Source: Hydrolagus colliei
Lineage: Eukaryota
Length of the DNA: 64,000 bases
Reading direction: 5' to 3'
Assembly: GCA_035084275.1 (NCBI GenBank)
Contig: CM068754.1
Span: 13,888,001-13,952,000 of the forward strand
The notes beneath the pieces were generated by a model. The model searched no databases and was not told the DNA's origin. It worked only from the letters and a program-made list of their open reading frames with translations. The translations under genes and the position numbers were made by a program. This document shows positions 63,665-64,000 of the stretch, one piece after another. Numbering within the stretch: position 1 is the stretch's first letter; the number at the start of each line of letters is the position of its first letter.

Positions 63665-63881
63665 GCCATCAAAGCAGATGACGAAGAAGGAGAAAAAATT
63701 CCCCCCTCCGCTGTCACCACTTCCAGAAGAGCCTTCATACAAGCGTTGGAACAGTGACAATGCTTCCTTGAGTCAGGAGAGCAATAGCAACTCTGCACAG
63801 TCCAGTGCCTCGCAGCCCACTGCAACCTACAAACACCGTAAATCTGACAGCAAGTCGTCCTGCCATGCAAAAAATAGGATT
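63665..63881 (+). CDS. AFF2: AFF2 exon: PSKQMTKKEKKFPPPLSPLPEEP...HAKNRI
   Basis: Pyrimidine tract, ctgtag|G CCA...ATT|gtaagt; 217 nt, phase 2-0. FPPPLSPLPEEP resembles AFF2 FPPPLSPLPEDP. Within ORF 63603..63980. Confidence 0.92.
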
Positions 63882-64000
63882 GTAAGTTCTTTACTCTCGC
63901 GCTCTTTCTACTGCACCAAAAGTGAAAGCATCCCGGAGATGGATCAAAACCCTATTTATCTTGTATTTGATACCGCTTGATGATGCAGGAGAGACACTTT

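Noticed and set aside
2277-63881. Calling the gene AFF3, AFF1 or AFF4
   Set aside because: The first exon alone resembles those paralogs, but KERVLLSSIREKAKPR, SSTPKEKES, TDQEE, KKQRLE and FPPPLSPLPEEP fit AFF2. A phylogeny would settle it.
1-64000. CRISPR arrays, operons, rRNA, snoRNA or miRNA genes
   Set aside because: Eukaryotic intron-rich DNA with dispersed repeats and no regular spacer array. I recognised no known small RNA, but cannot exclude one without an Rfam/miRBase search.

Overview
Vertebrate genomic DNA. The repeat content (L2 and CR1 LINEs, tRNA/Deu-type SINEs with (TTA)n tails, Penelope-type remnants) points to a cartilaginous fish, probably a chimaera; this is an inference. 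The whole window lies inside one + strand gene of the AF4/FMR2 family. Its peptides match AFF2 (FMR2) best, compared with the human sequences as I remember them. Nine consecutive internal coding exons splice in frame with GT-AG boundaries: 2277-2363, 3821-3857, 4098-4149, 21359-21410, 31421-31455, 59333-59495, 60681-61682, 63042-63166 and 63665-63881. Start and stop codons lie outside the window. The introns hold about 20 copies or tails of one L2-tailed tRNA-SINE, older Deu-domain SINEs, L2 and CR1 fragments (some nested), a TA-flanked MITE and an ~820-bp near-complete palindrome. The most interesting points are: (1) this AFF2 keeps an AFF1/AFF4-type ELL-binding segment that is eroded in human AFF2; (2) the foldback element at 56848-57676; (3) hammerhead-ribozyme-like remnants; (4) candidate alternative or recursive splice sites. 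I found no convincing new multi-gene system. Almost all short ORFs in the track are chance intronic ORFs. Repeat boundaries are approximate and family names come from memory, not from a search.
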